64,000 nucleotides of DNA, taken from Candidatus Multivorans sp. Lineage in GTDB: Bacteria; Acidobacteriota; Thermoanaerobaculia; Multivoradales; Multivoraceae. Positions 20,569-31,600 of this stretch are shown one piece after another. Position numbers and translations under genes: made by a program. The notes below the pieces were generated by a model. It searched no databases and was not told the origin of the DNA. It saw nothing but the letters and a program-made list of their open reading frames with translations. The DNA is taken from the NCBI GenBank assembly GCA_965224025.1, contig OZ245033.1:4320001-4384000 (forward strand), written 5' to 3'. The stretch's first letter is position 1. Every line of letters begins with the position of its first letter.

Positions 20569-23500
20569 ATGAGAGCATCTACCAACCATCGCATTCGCCA
20601 ACCACGTCGCGGCGCTTTCAAGTTCGCGGCCACGCTGGCCACGTCGCTGCTCTGCCTGCCGGCGCTGCTCGATCCGCCTGACGTCGCCTTGCATGCGCAG
20701 CAGCACTCTGCCCCGCCCACCGTAGTCGGAAGACTCATCGGCCCGGACCTCAAACCGGCAGTCGGTCTTGAAGTGCAACTGATCCCGGTCCCGGGCACCT
20801 ACGTCCGCCGGCTGCGCGAACTCGGCGTGGCCGACGCCGTCCCGATCATTGACCGCACGCACTCGGATTCCGAGGGGCGTTTCGAACTGGTGGCATCTCG
20901 GGCGGGCCCCCACCAGATCGAGGTTCTGGCCACCGCTCCGCAGACCGAGCCACCCACCGTTGTCGCTCCGGTCTACGTCCGACGGGTCCTGCGCGCCAAG
21001 CCGAGTGCCTTCGCGCCAGTTCAGCTTCCGAAGATGCACCACCTGGTCATCGGCGTCGTGGACGAAGCAGGCGAGCCGGTCGAAGCAGCGCTGGTCGTCG
21101 TCCAGTCCTCGGAGTGGTCCGCCCCCTCTTCCTGGGTGCACAAAGGGAAGACGTCTCCAACCTTTGGCCGCGCGAGCGCACGCACCAACGAAGAGGGAAT
21201 GGCTAGATTCTCTCTTCCCGCGGCCGCGTCAAGCGTCGCCGTGTCGGCCCCCGGATTCAACCTCAGCGTCGACGACCTGTCCCAGGACCGGGCTGCGTTC
21301 AGGCTCACCCGTGGCGATGGCGTCACGTTCCGGGTTCTGGACCGCGACGGAGTACCCGTCCCCCGAGCCGTGATCCGGGTCGGCGAGTACCAGGCCATTC
21401 CCCTCGCCCTCACCAACGACCGCGGCGAAGCAACCGTCGGGCTCGCCAAGAAAAAGGGAATCTCCTACCAGATCGAAGCCGAGGACGGTTCCTTCGCGCG
21501 CACTGCACGCGTGAAGCGCGAGCCCCCAACTTACGACGGACCGCAAGTTGTCGAAGTCCGTCTCTGGCCCGGCTTCGAGCTTCAAGGCCAGGTGGTGGAC
21601 GCCGCGACCAACCGGCCGGTCGAGCTTGCCGCGCTCTGGATCGATGACGGGCTCGAAGGAACTGATCGCGGGCTCGACAGACTCGTCTGGGCCGGTCCTG
21701 GTGGGGAGTTCACACTGAAGACCCGCGCCGACTACGTGCCGGAGGCGATCCGGATCGCCGCCGCGGGCTATGTGACCAAGCGAGTCTGGCTCGGCCCGGA
21801 GCACTACGTGGCCGCTGACCAGCGCAAGCCGCTACGGGTTGAGCTCAAGCCCCGGAAGAGCCGATCCGCCCGGAGATGACGAAACCCACGGTCCCAAACC
21901 GGCGGGGCGCGGTAGTGCGCTGGACGTACGATCACGTCCGCTCCGATGTGGGGACTGCTGCCGACGACGCCGGAGGCCCGCTCGACGCCGAGGCGAACCG
22001 TCACGGCACGCTGGCCGGGCGCGTCGTCGATTCGAAGGGCGTCGCGGTCCCCGACGCCATGGTGCTCCTCCTGAACGTGGAACCCAGGTCCTCCGACCAG
22101 TCGACGATGCAACCGGCGACCGCCCAGACCGACGCCCAGGTGTGTTTCCGGTTCGAGTCCCTGACCGCCGGCCGCTGGGTTGCCACGGCCTCGGGATTGG
22201 TCGGCGAAGCTGGCCATGGAGACGGAGCTCACAGCGACATCATTCGCCTCCAGGGAGACGAAGTCCGGACGATCGAACTCGTCCTCGGGCATCTCGACAA
22301 CGTCTCGGGCGTTCAGGTTGCCGGTGGCGTCACGGACCATCGGGACGCCCCCTGGCGGACGCCGAAGTGACGATCACCGTCAGTCGCGGCGCCCCCGGTC
22401 AATCGTCCTCCTCGGCCGCCTCTTCTCGGGGCTCGACTACGGACTCCCGGGGCCGCTTCGAGGTCCTGGGGCTCCCACACGGCCCTGCGATCCTCGTCAC
22501 CACCCACGCCGAGTACCGGGACACGGTGCACGAGTTCACGGTCGGACCGGAGCCGAACGAGGTCTCGTTGGCGCTCGAGCCAGGCCTCGAGGTCGCCGGG
22601 TCGATCCGGTCGAGCGGTGGCGAGTCAATACCCCTCGCCTGGGTTACAGCGATTCCCGACCTTTTCGCCGGCAGGTGGCCAGGTTCGTCTGGCATGGTCG
22701 AGGCGCAGGCCGACGACAACGGCGACTACCGTCTGAAGGGCCTGAACGCCGGCGTCTATGAACTGGAGGTCTCCGCCGAAGGCTACGCCGAGAGCGCCTT
22801 GCGCAAGACCGTTCGGCTCGACGAACACTCAGCCGGCGGCGTCGACTTCGTGCTCCTGCCCGAGGCGCGCGTGACAGTCCGCGTCACCGGTGCTCCATCA
22901 ACCGGGGTCCGGGTCCACGCAGCCTTGGGCCACGAGTTCCGCGAGGCCCAAAGCACCGAGACAGGCGAGTACCGGATCGGCAATCTCCACCGGGAGACTG
23001 GACGGTGGGAGCCGTGGACGTCGACGATCGAACCGTCCAACAGGCCGTCGCCCTCTCGACCGGAGAGGATGCCGTCGTCGAGCTTCACTTCGAGCAGGGA
23101 GTGCTCCTGACTGGCCAGATCACAGTCGCGGGACGCACGGCAAACGGCGGCACTCTGGCGCTCAACCCGATGGGCGGCGCCCGGCCACGATGGTCCCACC
23201 TGGATCGCAAAGGGCGTTTCGAGGTCGTCGGGCTACAACCGGGCGTCTACGTCGCCATGATCGCTGTTCGAACCGGCGCGGCCTACCGGCAGCGCATCGA
23301 GCTTCGCGAGAGCCGCCATCTGCGCCTCGACCTGGAACCGCACGCGATCGTCACCGGACGGGTCGTGAACGGGGAAACCGGGCAGCCGCTTGCCGAGGCC
23401 TTCGTTTGCACCCTCGTCGACATCGGGCTCGACCAGCCCCTGCCCGGCAGCAGCACGACGACTACCGCCGATGGGCGCTTCGAATTGCGGCCAGCCCCCG

Positions 23501-23640
23501 GCGCCAACGAGATTGTGGTCAACAGCGTGGGGTTCGAGGAACAACGAATCGCAGTGCAGTTGGCCCCGGCGGAGCGCCGCCAGGGCCTGGTCTTCGAGTT
23601 GCATCCCGGGGGACCGAGCCGGCTTCCGAACGATGGCTGA
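20569..23640 (+). pseudogene. Carboxypeptidase-regulatory-like repeat protein, copy D (split and frameshifted)
   Basis: N-terminal ORF to 21879, then fragments 21876-22370, ~22350-22990 and 23005-23640; -1 C in C-runs near 22350 and 22990. Confidence 0.78.
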
Positions 23641-25837
23641 GCTTGAGTTGGACCACATGGAATCGTCGACCGGGCGCCGCCAGCACCGCGAGAGCCGTTG
23701 CCGGTTGTCCCTGGCGGCCGCGCTCGCCCGGGTTGCGGCGACCGGCATGGCGACCTTGTGGCTTGGTCTGCCGACCGGCCTGACCACCGATCGTCTACAC
23801 GCGCAACCACCGCCCGGTCCCGCACTGACGGTCATGGGAACCCTGGTCGACGAGGAGGGCGCGCCGGCCGCGGGGCTGGAACTCGAACTGCGGCCCTACC
23901 CGAGCCGCTACGAGCGCCGGCTCGACGATCTGGGCGAGCCCGGCCGTTTGAGCACGGCCGTGGACTCGACGCGGTCCGGTCCGGACGGCACTTTCTGGCT
24001 AACCGCACCTGCCGTGGGGCCCTACCGGCTGGACATCTCCGCTCCGCCAGGGAGCGCGGCGTCCGGTACCCGCCACATTGCCGTGGCGCCCGTCTCCCAC
24101 ACCCTGACGCCCCTGGCGGCGCCGATTGTCCTGCCGCCCATTGAAGTCCCGAACTGGCACACCATGACGATCGGCGCGAAGGATCTCGACGGCCGGCGCC
24201 GCGCGTGGCGGTCACCGTCGGGCAGAGCCAGGACGTTCCCCTGGCGCTGACCGACGCCCGCGGCGAAGCGACGGTCGGTCTCACGTCGGATCAGAGCCTC
24301 GTCTACCAGGCGGTCGCGTCCGGGAGCCCAGTGGCGGGTGCGTGGCTGTGGGTTCAACCGTCTGCCGCAAGTGGTGGTTGGACGATCGGCCCCGGGACGT
24401 GGAAGGCTACCTCGGCCTCTGACGGCTCGTTCTTCATTGCTGGCGTCGCCTCGGGGCACGCCTACAGCCTCCACGCCGAGGCGAACGGCTACGCCCGCAG
24501 GACTCTGGCGATTCCGGCGGCGCCCGAAGGCGCGACGCGGGACACCGTTCGCGTCATCCTCGTCCGTGGCCAGCGCGTCCACGGCATCATCGCCGATACC
24601 CAAGGTGCTCCCATTCCAGGCACCGAGGTCGCGCTTCAGCCGGTTGCAGAAACCGGAGACGGCGGCTACTCGTGGGACACCACGGCCAGGAAGACCAGCG
24701 TCACCGACGCCCGTGGCGCGTTCGAGTTCCCCGGCACTCATGCCGGACGCCATGAACTCACCGCCAACCACCCCAACCACGTCAGTGTCCTGGCTACCGC
24801 GTTCGACGTGCCTTCCGGCGAGGGAGCGGAGGATGTGGGTACGCTCACACTCGAAGTCGGCGCGGCGATCGAGGGTGTGGTGCGTGACTTCCATCGCCGC
24901 CCGGTCGGCGGCGCCCAGGTCAAGGTCCACCAGAACAACATCGACCAACGGCGGCCTCACGACCCGGAGATCAGGACCGCCGTCACGGATAAGGACGGCA
25001 CGTTTCGTATCGGCGAACTGCGCGCGGATCTGGCGGACCTCGTCGTCGAGGCCGAAGGCTACGAACGGTTCGAGATGACAGCGGTGCGCCCGCGGGCAGG
25101 GGGCCTGATCGAGGTCCAGTTGGGTGAAGGGGCCAGGCTCGTGGGCCGGGTTCTCGATGCGGACGGGGAGGGCGTCGCCAACGCGTACATCTGGCTAAGC
25201 CTTGAACGCAACCCGAGCATTGGCCGAACGGCGTGGAGTACCGATCCTCGCAGACATGAGGCGAGGACCGACGGTGACGGCCGCTTCCACTTCGACGCTG
25301 TCGGAGCGGGGCCCTGGTCGGTCGAGGTCGGCGGCGAGCAGTTGGCGGAGGATGTCGGTGCCATCCGGCTGCGGCCGGGCGAGGAACGCGAGATCGAACT
25401 GCGCCTGCGCGCCCAGGGCCGGCTCGCCGGTGTCGTGACCGACACGTACGGTGCACCGGTCGCCGGAGCGGAGGTCCTCGTCCAGACGCTCGACCCGACA
25501 GGTCAACTGACAGGCACACACCACGGCGCCCGAGCCGACGCCGGCGGCGCCTACGAGGTCGGCCGCGTTCCCTCGGGACCCGCCCGGGTCGTGGCCCGCC
25601 ATCCGGACTACCGGGACGGTGTGGCGGAGGTCGGGATCGAGCGTGGAAGGAACGAGGTCGACCTCAAGCTGCAGCCCGGCTGGCAAATCTCCGGAACCGT
25701 GAGCACCGCCGGCGGCGAGCCGGTGCCGCTCGCCAGGGTCGAGGCCCATCCGGTCGAGCAGGGTTCGCGGCCTACCCCTCGACCTGGTTGCGGGCGAGCG
25801 CCGCGGAGGTTTCATGATCGAGTTGCAGCCCGAGTAG
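23633..25837 (+). pseudogene. Carboxypeptidase-regulatory-like repeat protein, copy E (multiple internal deletions)
   Basis: Same N-terminal LRPYPSRYE...GPYRLD domain. Jumps near 24195, 24315 and 25765; family C-terminus PLDLVAGERRGGFMIELQPE ends at TAG 25837 in a different frame. Confidence 0.78.
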
Positions 25838-25873
25838 TCGGGGCGACCGGCAAGAGGCCCGAGGCCGCTGCCG

Positions 25874-25918
25874 TCAGCGCACCAGGACCGGGGTGTCAAT
25901 CCCGCAGGGCGGGATCAT
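25874..25918 (-). pseudogene. Stub of a PIN/VapC toxin gene
   Basis: MIPPCGIDTPVLVR* overlaps the antitoxin 3' end; IDTxVLVR matches the first PIN strand. Confidence 0.6.
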
Positions 25919-26138
25919 GCCTCTGCGATCGAAACGACGCGAGGTCGAAGGGGCAGAGCCCCTTCTTCAGCTTGCCTCGCAGCGGCGCCAGACGCTCCCG
26001 ATGGACTCTGTGGGGGCGCAGCCGAAAGCCATCGGAACCTTCAACCAACTCGATCCGGTCTCCGGGCCCCACTCCAAGGGCGTCGAGCACTCGCGCCGGA
26101 AACGTCACCTGGCGTTTCGAAGTGATCTTGACGATCAT
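25896..26138 (-). CDS. AbrB/MazE/SpoVT-family DNA-binding protein (antitoxin-like)
   Basis: MIVKITSKRQVTFPARVLDALGVGPGDRIE. Confidence 0.88.
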   Translation of the reverse strand: MIVKITSKRQVTFPARVLDALGVGPGDRIELVEGSDGFRLRPHRVHRERLAPLRGKLKKGLCPFDLASFRSQRHDPALRD

Positions 26139-26854
26139 GGGGGCGCATCGTATGCGCCTTGCGCCCCGCAATCGAAGCTCTCCGCGAGTTGCGGCAGATG
26201 TCTGCGAAATCTACGCTGGAAGCTGCCGCTCTGGGCACATACCATCTTCACGGTTTCGGCCACCGCGGCTTCGACCGCGGGCGGCAAAGGCGACTCAAGG
26301 TCCCAGTACAGTTGCCAGCCCCCGGAATCGGTCAGGTGGTTCCAGGTCAGCTTGAGCAACGGGGCCACGTCGGGTTCATCGGGCGGCCCCCACTCGCTGC
26401 GCTGGAACTTCGCCACTGTTTCCGTACAGGTCGCAGGACACCTGCCAGTCCAGAACGCGAAACCCGCACTGCACGGCTCCTCCTGTGCAGCCGAAACCAG
26501 GGCCGGATTCTCCCAGAGCGTCTTGAGTCGGTCCAAATCGCTCGTCGTCATCCGATCGCAGTACAGAGGCTGATATGGAGCATCGCGCGAGAACGCCGTA
26601 AAACCGGAATCGTGTACGCGAAAAAAGGCAGACTCTCGATAGAAACGGCGCGGAAACGAGCCGATGCCGATACTCAGGCGTGGCGACCCGTGGCTGGCGA
26701 GACCGTACTGCTCCTTCAGACAGCCGGGGTCCCAACTGTAGATCGAGTTGAGGCAGGAGCAGAGGATGGGCAACGTGACCAGCACAGGCAAGTAGGACCT
26801 CGCTCTCCTGATCTGTGCGAGCACTCGCCGACGTTGTTCCTCCGAGGTGGTCAT
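26135..26854 (-). CDS. Cys-rich hypothetical lipoprotein L3
   Basis: Hidden at the 3' end of ORF 26135-27787. MTTSEEQRRR...LPILCS-C, DPGCL, WDLESPLP...MVC...LPQLA...C; stop overlaps the AbrB ATG. Confidence 0.75.
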   Translation of the reverse strand: MTTSEEQRRRVLAQIRRARSYLPVLVTLPILCSCLNSIYSWDPGCLKEQYGLASHGSPRLSIGIGSFPRRFYRESAFFRVHDSGFTAFSRDAPYQPLYCDRMTTSDLDRLKTLWENPALVSAAQEEPCSAGFAFWTGRCPATCTETVAKFQRSEWGPPDEPDVAPLLKLTWNHLTDSGGWQLYWDLESPLPPAVEAAVAETVKMVCAQSGSFQRRFRRHLPQLAESFDCGAQGAYDAPP

Positions 26855-26959
26855 CTGCCGTCCTGATCGTACCGCCGCGCTTCGCCGCGCCAAGTCGTAG
26901 GATTGCTCGCCGGCATTTGGCGGCGATACAACCAGGTTCAACGGCGGAGGAGAACACAC

Positions 26960-27808
26960 GTGGACATCACGAACAGGATCATGGTCGTCACCGGCGGCGC
27001 CTCGGGAATCGGCAAAGCGCTCGCCGAAGCGTTCCACCGCGAGGGCGCCCGGCACGTCGTCGTCGCCGACCTGGACGAGGCGGGGGCCAAGGAGGTCGCC
27101 GAGGCGATCGGCGGCACCGGCGTCGGGCTGGACGTGGCGGACGAGGGCGCGGTGTGCGACCTGGTCGCGGCGACGCAGTCGAACATCGGCCCGATCGACC
27201 TGTTCATGTCGAACGCCGGCTTCGTGACGATGGGCGGTCTCGAAGTCCCCAACAAGGAGATCAACGACCAGTGGAACGTCCACGTGATGTCCCATGTCTA
27301 CGCCGCGCGGGCCGTTCTGCCCTCGATGATCGAGCGCGGCGAGGGGTACATCATGAGCACCGCCTCGGCGGCGGGCCTGCTGACCCAGATCGGTTCGCTC
27401 GCCTACTCGCTGACCAAGCACGCGGCGGTTGCCCTGGCCGAGTGGATCGCGATCACGCACGGCCACCAGGGCATTCGCGTCTCGGTGCATTGCCCGCAGG
27501 CGGTGAAGACGAACATCGGCGCCAACAGCCCCGATCGGAACCGGCGCCAGGGCCTGTCCGTCGGGGTCGCCTCCGGCGACGGCGTACTCACGGCCGAACA
27601 GGCCGCCCACGCCTGCATCGACGCGGTCCGCGAAGAGCGGTTCTGGGTCCTGCCCCACCCCGAGGTCGCCGAGTACGTCCGCCGCAAGGGAACCGACATC
27701 GACCGCTGGCTCCACGGCATGAGGCGCTTCCAGGGACGGCTCTACGAAGGCCAGGACCTGCCCGGAGACTGGTTCGTCGACGCGCAAAGAGACTCCCAGG
27801 ACAACTGA
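26960..27808 (+). CDS. Short-chain dehydrogenase/reductase
   Basis: TGGASGIG, NAG, YSLTK; GGAGGAG RBS before GTG 26960. Confidence 0.93.
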   Translation: MDITNRIMVVTGGASGIGKALAEAFHREGARHVVVADLDEAGAKEVAEAIGGTGVGLDVADEGAVCDLVAATQSNIGPIDLFMSNAGFVTMGGLEVPNKEINDQWNVHVMSHVYAARAVLPSMIERGEGYIMSTASAAGLLTQIGSLAYSLTKHAAVALAEWIAITHGHQGIRVSVHCPQAVKTNIGANSPDRNRRQGLSVGVASGDGVLTAEQAAHACIDAVREERFWVLPHPEVAEYVRRKGTDIDRWLHGMRRFQGRLYEGQDLPGDWFVDAQRDSQDN

Positions 27809-27809
27809 C

Positions 27810-28514
27810 GTGTCCTCCCCCGACGATCCGGTCTACTCGACCCGCGAAGGCGGTGTCGCCGAGATCGTGCTCAACCGGCCGGCCCGCCGCAACGCGGTGA
27901 CCGGGCCCTTGGCGGAACGTCTCCACGACGAGATCGTCGCCGCGACCGAGGACGACGACGTAGCCGTCCTGTTGCTGCGCGGCGCCGGCGGCGCCTTCTG
28001 CTCCGGCCTCGACCTCGGCGAGTTCCGGGCCGATCCGCCGCCGGACTGGATGCCCGCCTTCAGCGGTCTCTGGCTCGACGTCCACGCGGCGCTCTACGAC
28101 TGCCCGAAGCCGATCGTGGCCGCCCTCGAACGCTTCGCGATCAACGCCGGTTCGGCGCTGGCGCTTGCCGCCGATCTGCTGGTGGCCGGCGAGCAGGCCT
28201 TCCTCCACGTAGGCGAGATCCAGATGGGCATGGCGGCGCCGATGAACATGGCCTGGCTGCGGCTGCGTCACCCGGAGAGCGTGGCGGCGCGGCTCGCGAT
28301 CGTCGGCCGGCGGTACACGGGAACGGAGCTCGAGCGGATGGGCGTGGCGTCCGAGGTCACAGCCGACGATGAAGTCCTGGACCGGGCCCGGGAACTTTCC
28401 GCGACCATTGCCGGTTACCCCAGGAACGGAGTTCGGTCGATCAAACAGACCGTCCTCCGCGGCCGGACCGCAACGTCCGGTCACGAGTGGTTCGGCCGAA
28501 TTCGCGGCGACTGA
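27810..28514 (+). CDS. Enoyl-CoA hydratase/isomerase
   Basis: LNRPARRNA, AFCSGLDL, CPKPIVAA. Confidence 0.9.
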   Translation: MSSPDDPVYSTREGGVAEIVLNRPARRNAVTGPLAERLHDEIVAATEDDDVAVLLLRGAGGAFCSGLDLGEFRADPPPDWMPAFSGLWLDVHAALYDCPKPIVAALERFAINAGSALALAADLLVAGEQAFLHVGEIQMGMAAPMNMAWLRLRHPESVAARLAIVGRRYTGTELERMGVASEVTADDEVLDRARELSATIAGYPRNGVRSIKQTVLRGRTATSGHEWFGRIRGD

Positions 28515-28529
28515 GTGTTCCAGATGAGA

Positions 28530-28574
28530 CCGGCGCTTCGCGCCGGATGCGGGCGGGACGCCCGCGCTCCCAGG
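28530..28574 (+). repeat. REP-like element
   Basis: CCGGCGCTTCGCGCCGG-ATGCGGGCGGGACGCCCGCGCTCCCAGG. Confidence 0.8.
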
Positions 28575-28613
28575 CCGGACAGCGGCCGCACCGTCGCGGT
28601 AGGATAGGGAGCA

Positions 28614-31600
28614 ATGACGGCCTTCTCACTAGACGACAAGTACACGCTCACTGAAGGCCGCGTGGCGATCACCGGTATCCAGGCCCTGGTCCGGCTGCCG
28701 ATGGACCAGCACCGCCGGGACCGCGAAGCCGGTCTGCGAGTCGGCGCATTCATCAGCGGCTACCCGGGATCGCCACTCGGCGAATACGACAAGCAACTCA
28801 TGCGAAACGGCCGGCTGCTGGCCGCACACGACGTGGTCTTCCAACCGGGGATCAACGAGGAGACGGCGGCGACCTCGATCTACGGCGCCCAGCTCCTCGA
28901 GCGCTTCCCCCACCAGCGTTACGACGGGGTGGTCGGCATCTGGTACGGCAAGACGCCCGGCGTCGACCGCACCGGCGACGCCTTCCGCCACGGCAACTTC
29001 ATCGGCACCGGGAAGCACGGCGGCGTGTTGGTGCTGGCCGGCGACGACACCGCCTGCAAGAGTTCGACCATTCCCGGCGACAGCACGATCAGCCTCTTCG
29101 ACCTCTCGATGCCGGTGCTCTATCCCGGCGACCCGGCTGAAGTCCTGGAACTCGGCCTGCACGGCATCGCCCTGTCCCGCTTCTCCGGTCTGTGGACCGC
29201 GCTGAAGGTGGTAACCAACGTCGCCGACGGCGGCGCGGTCATCGACCTGCCCCGGATGGCGCCACCGGTGCTGCCGGGTCTCGAAATTGACGGCCGGCCG
29301 TTCCAGAAGCACCTCGACATGCGACTGCTGCCGCCGCATACGGTCGAGATGGAGCGCCAGATCTTCACCGAGCGCACCGTGGCCGCCCTCGAGTACGTCC
29401 ACGCCAACGGCCTCGACAGCATCCGTTGCGCCAGCCCCGGCGACCGCCTGGGCCTGATCGCGGCCGGCAAGCCCTACCGCGACCTGCGCCTCGCGCTCAA
29501 CCTGCTGGGCCTGGACGAAGCCGCACTCGACCGCCACGGCATCCGCGTCCTGAAGCTCGGCTGCATCGCGCCGATCGAAACGCGACGCCTGCGCGAGTTC
29601 GCCGACGGCCTCGAAGAAATCGTCGTCGTCGAGGACAAGCGGGGCTTCATCGAAACCCAGGTGCGCCAGACGCTGTACAACCTGCCCAACCGGCCGCTCG
29701 TGGGCGGCAAGGAGACGCCGGACGGCGAGGCGCTGTTCCCGATGCACGGCGAACTGGAGGGCCACCAGATGGCCCTGATCCTCGGCGCCTACCTGGAGCA
29801 GCGGCTGCCGGATGCGGTGTCGGCGGAGACAATGGCGGGTCTGCGCACGGGCGCCGAGGCCACCGACCTGGCGACGTCCCTCCCGGCCGCGCTGCCGCGT
29901 ACGCCCTATTTCTGCAGCGGCTGTCCCCACAACACGTCCACGCAGCTACCTGAGGGCTCCGACTACGCGGGCGGAGGCATCGGCTGCCACGCAATGGCCA
30001 TGTGGATGGACCGGGGTCTGAGCTGGCTACCGCAGATGGGCGGCGAGGGCGCCTGCTGGATCGGGCTCGCGCCCTTCACCGAGCAGGAGCACGTCTTCCA
30101 GAACGTCGGCGACGGCACCTACGCCCACTCCGCCAGCAAGGCGATCGAGGCGTGCATCGCCGCCAACCTCCACATGACCTTCCGCATCCTCTACAACTCG
30201 GCGGTCGCGATGACCGGCGGCCAGGACGCGGTCGGTCTTCTCAGTTCGCTCGGCGTGGCGAAGCAGCTCCAGCTCCAGGGCATGAAGCGGGTGATCCTCG
30301 TCACCGAGGATCTCGAGCGCTTCCCCCATCGCGACGACAACGGCGTCGAGATCCGGCACCGCAAGGACTACGATGAGGTACTCAAGGAGCTCCGCGCGAT
30401 CAAGGGTCCGACGGCCGTCGTCTACGACCAGCAGTGCGCCGCCGAGAAGCGTCGCGAGCGCAAGCGCGGCATCCAGGAGACGCCGAGCCAGCGCGTCTAC
30501 ATCAACCCGGCGGTCTGTGAAGGCTGCGGCGACTGCGCCGCGAAGTCGAACTGCCTGTCGGTCGCGCCGCTCGAGACCGAGTACGGCCGCAAGACCCAGA
30601 TCCACCAGTCGTCCTGCAACCTGGACTACTCGTGCATCGAGGGCGACTGCCCCGCCTTCATGACCGTCGACCTGGGCGCGTCCACCAAGCCGGTGCGGCG
30701 TGCCGCGGCCGCGCCTCTGGCCGCCGACGAGGTGCCCGAACCGGTCCGCCAACTGCCGGATGACGCGACGTTCCGGGCTCTGCTGGTCGGAATCGGCGGC
30801 ACCGGCGTCGTCACCGTTGACGCGATCCTGGTCACCGCGGCCCTGCTCGAAGGCCGTTACGCGGTCCACCTCGACCAGACCGGCCTCGCGCAGAAGGGCG
30901 GCGCGGTGGTGTCGAACCTCCTGCTCAGCCGCGAGCCGATCGACCGGGCGAACAAGCTCGGCGAAGGCGAAGCCGATCTGGCCCTGTCGTTCGACCTGCT
31001 CGCCACGGTCGCCACCGACAACATCAAGCGGTTCTCGCAGGAGAACACGGCCGTGGTCGCGAACACCGCCGGGATCAGCCCAGCCGCCGTGATCACCGAC
31101 AGCGCCGCGCGGATGCCGCCGCTCGACGAGCTGCGGAAGCGCCTGGCCCTGTTCACAGACCGCGACCGGAGCTACTTCGTCGACGCGGAGGCCGCCACGG
31201 AACGACTGCTCGGCAACAGCGTCACCGGCAACATCTTCCTGGTCGGCGCCGCCTACCAGCAGGGCCTGCTACCGCTCGAATCGGGCTTCATCGAGGAGGC
31301 ACTACGGGCGAACGGCGTGGCGGTCGAGGACAACATTCAGGCTTTCCGCTACGGCCGGCTCTCGGTGGCGGACCCGAAGCGGTTCCGAAGCGCCGCCGGT
31401 CTCGAAGGCCCCGCGGCACCGACCGCGGCGTCGGCCCTGGAAACCGCCCGCTCCCGGATCGAGCGTTGGGCGCCGAAGTTCGGGCCCGAACTGGAGCGCC
31501 TCCTGACGGGCGCCCCGCAGGGAGGCGAGCTCGACCGACTGTTGCCCGGCCGCGTCGCCGACATGCTCCTCTACCAGGGCGCCGGGATCGCCGAGCGCTA

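Noticed and set aside
24205-26355. 716-aa ORF taken as an intact gene
   Set aside because: Homology ends near 25765; the rest is out-of-frame readthrough across the AbrB and L3 genes.
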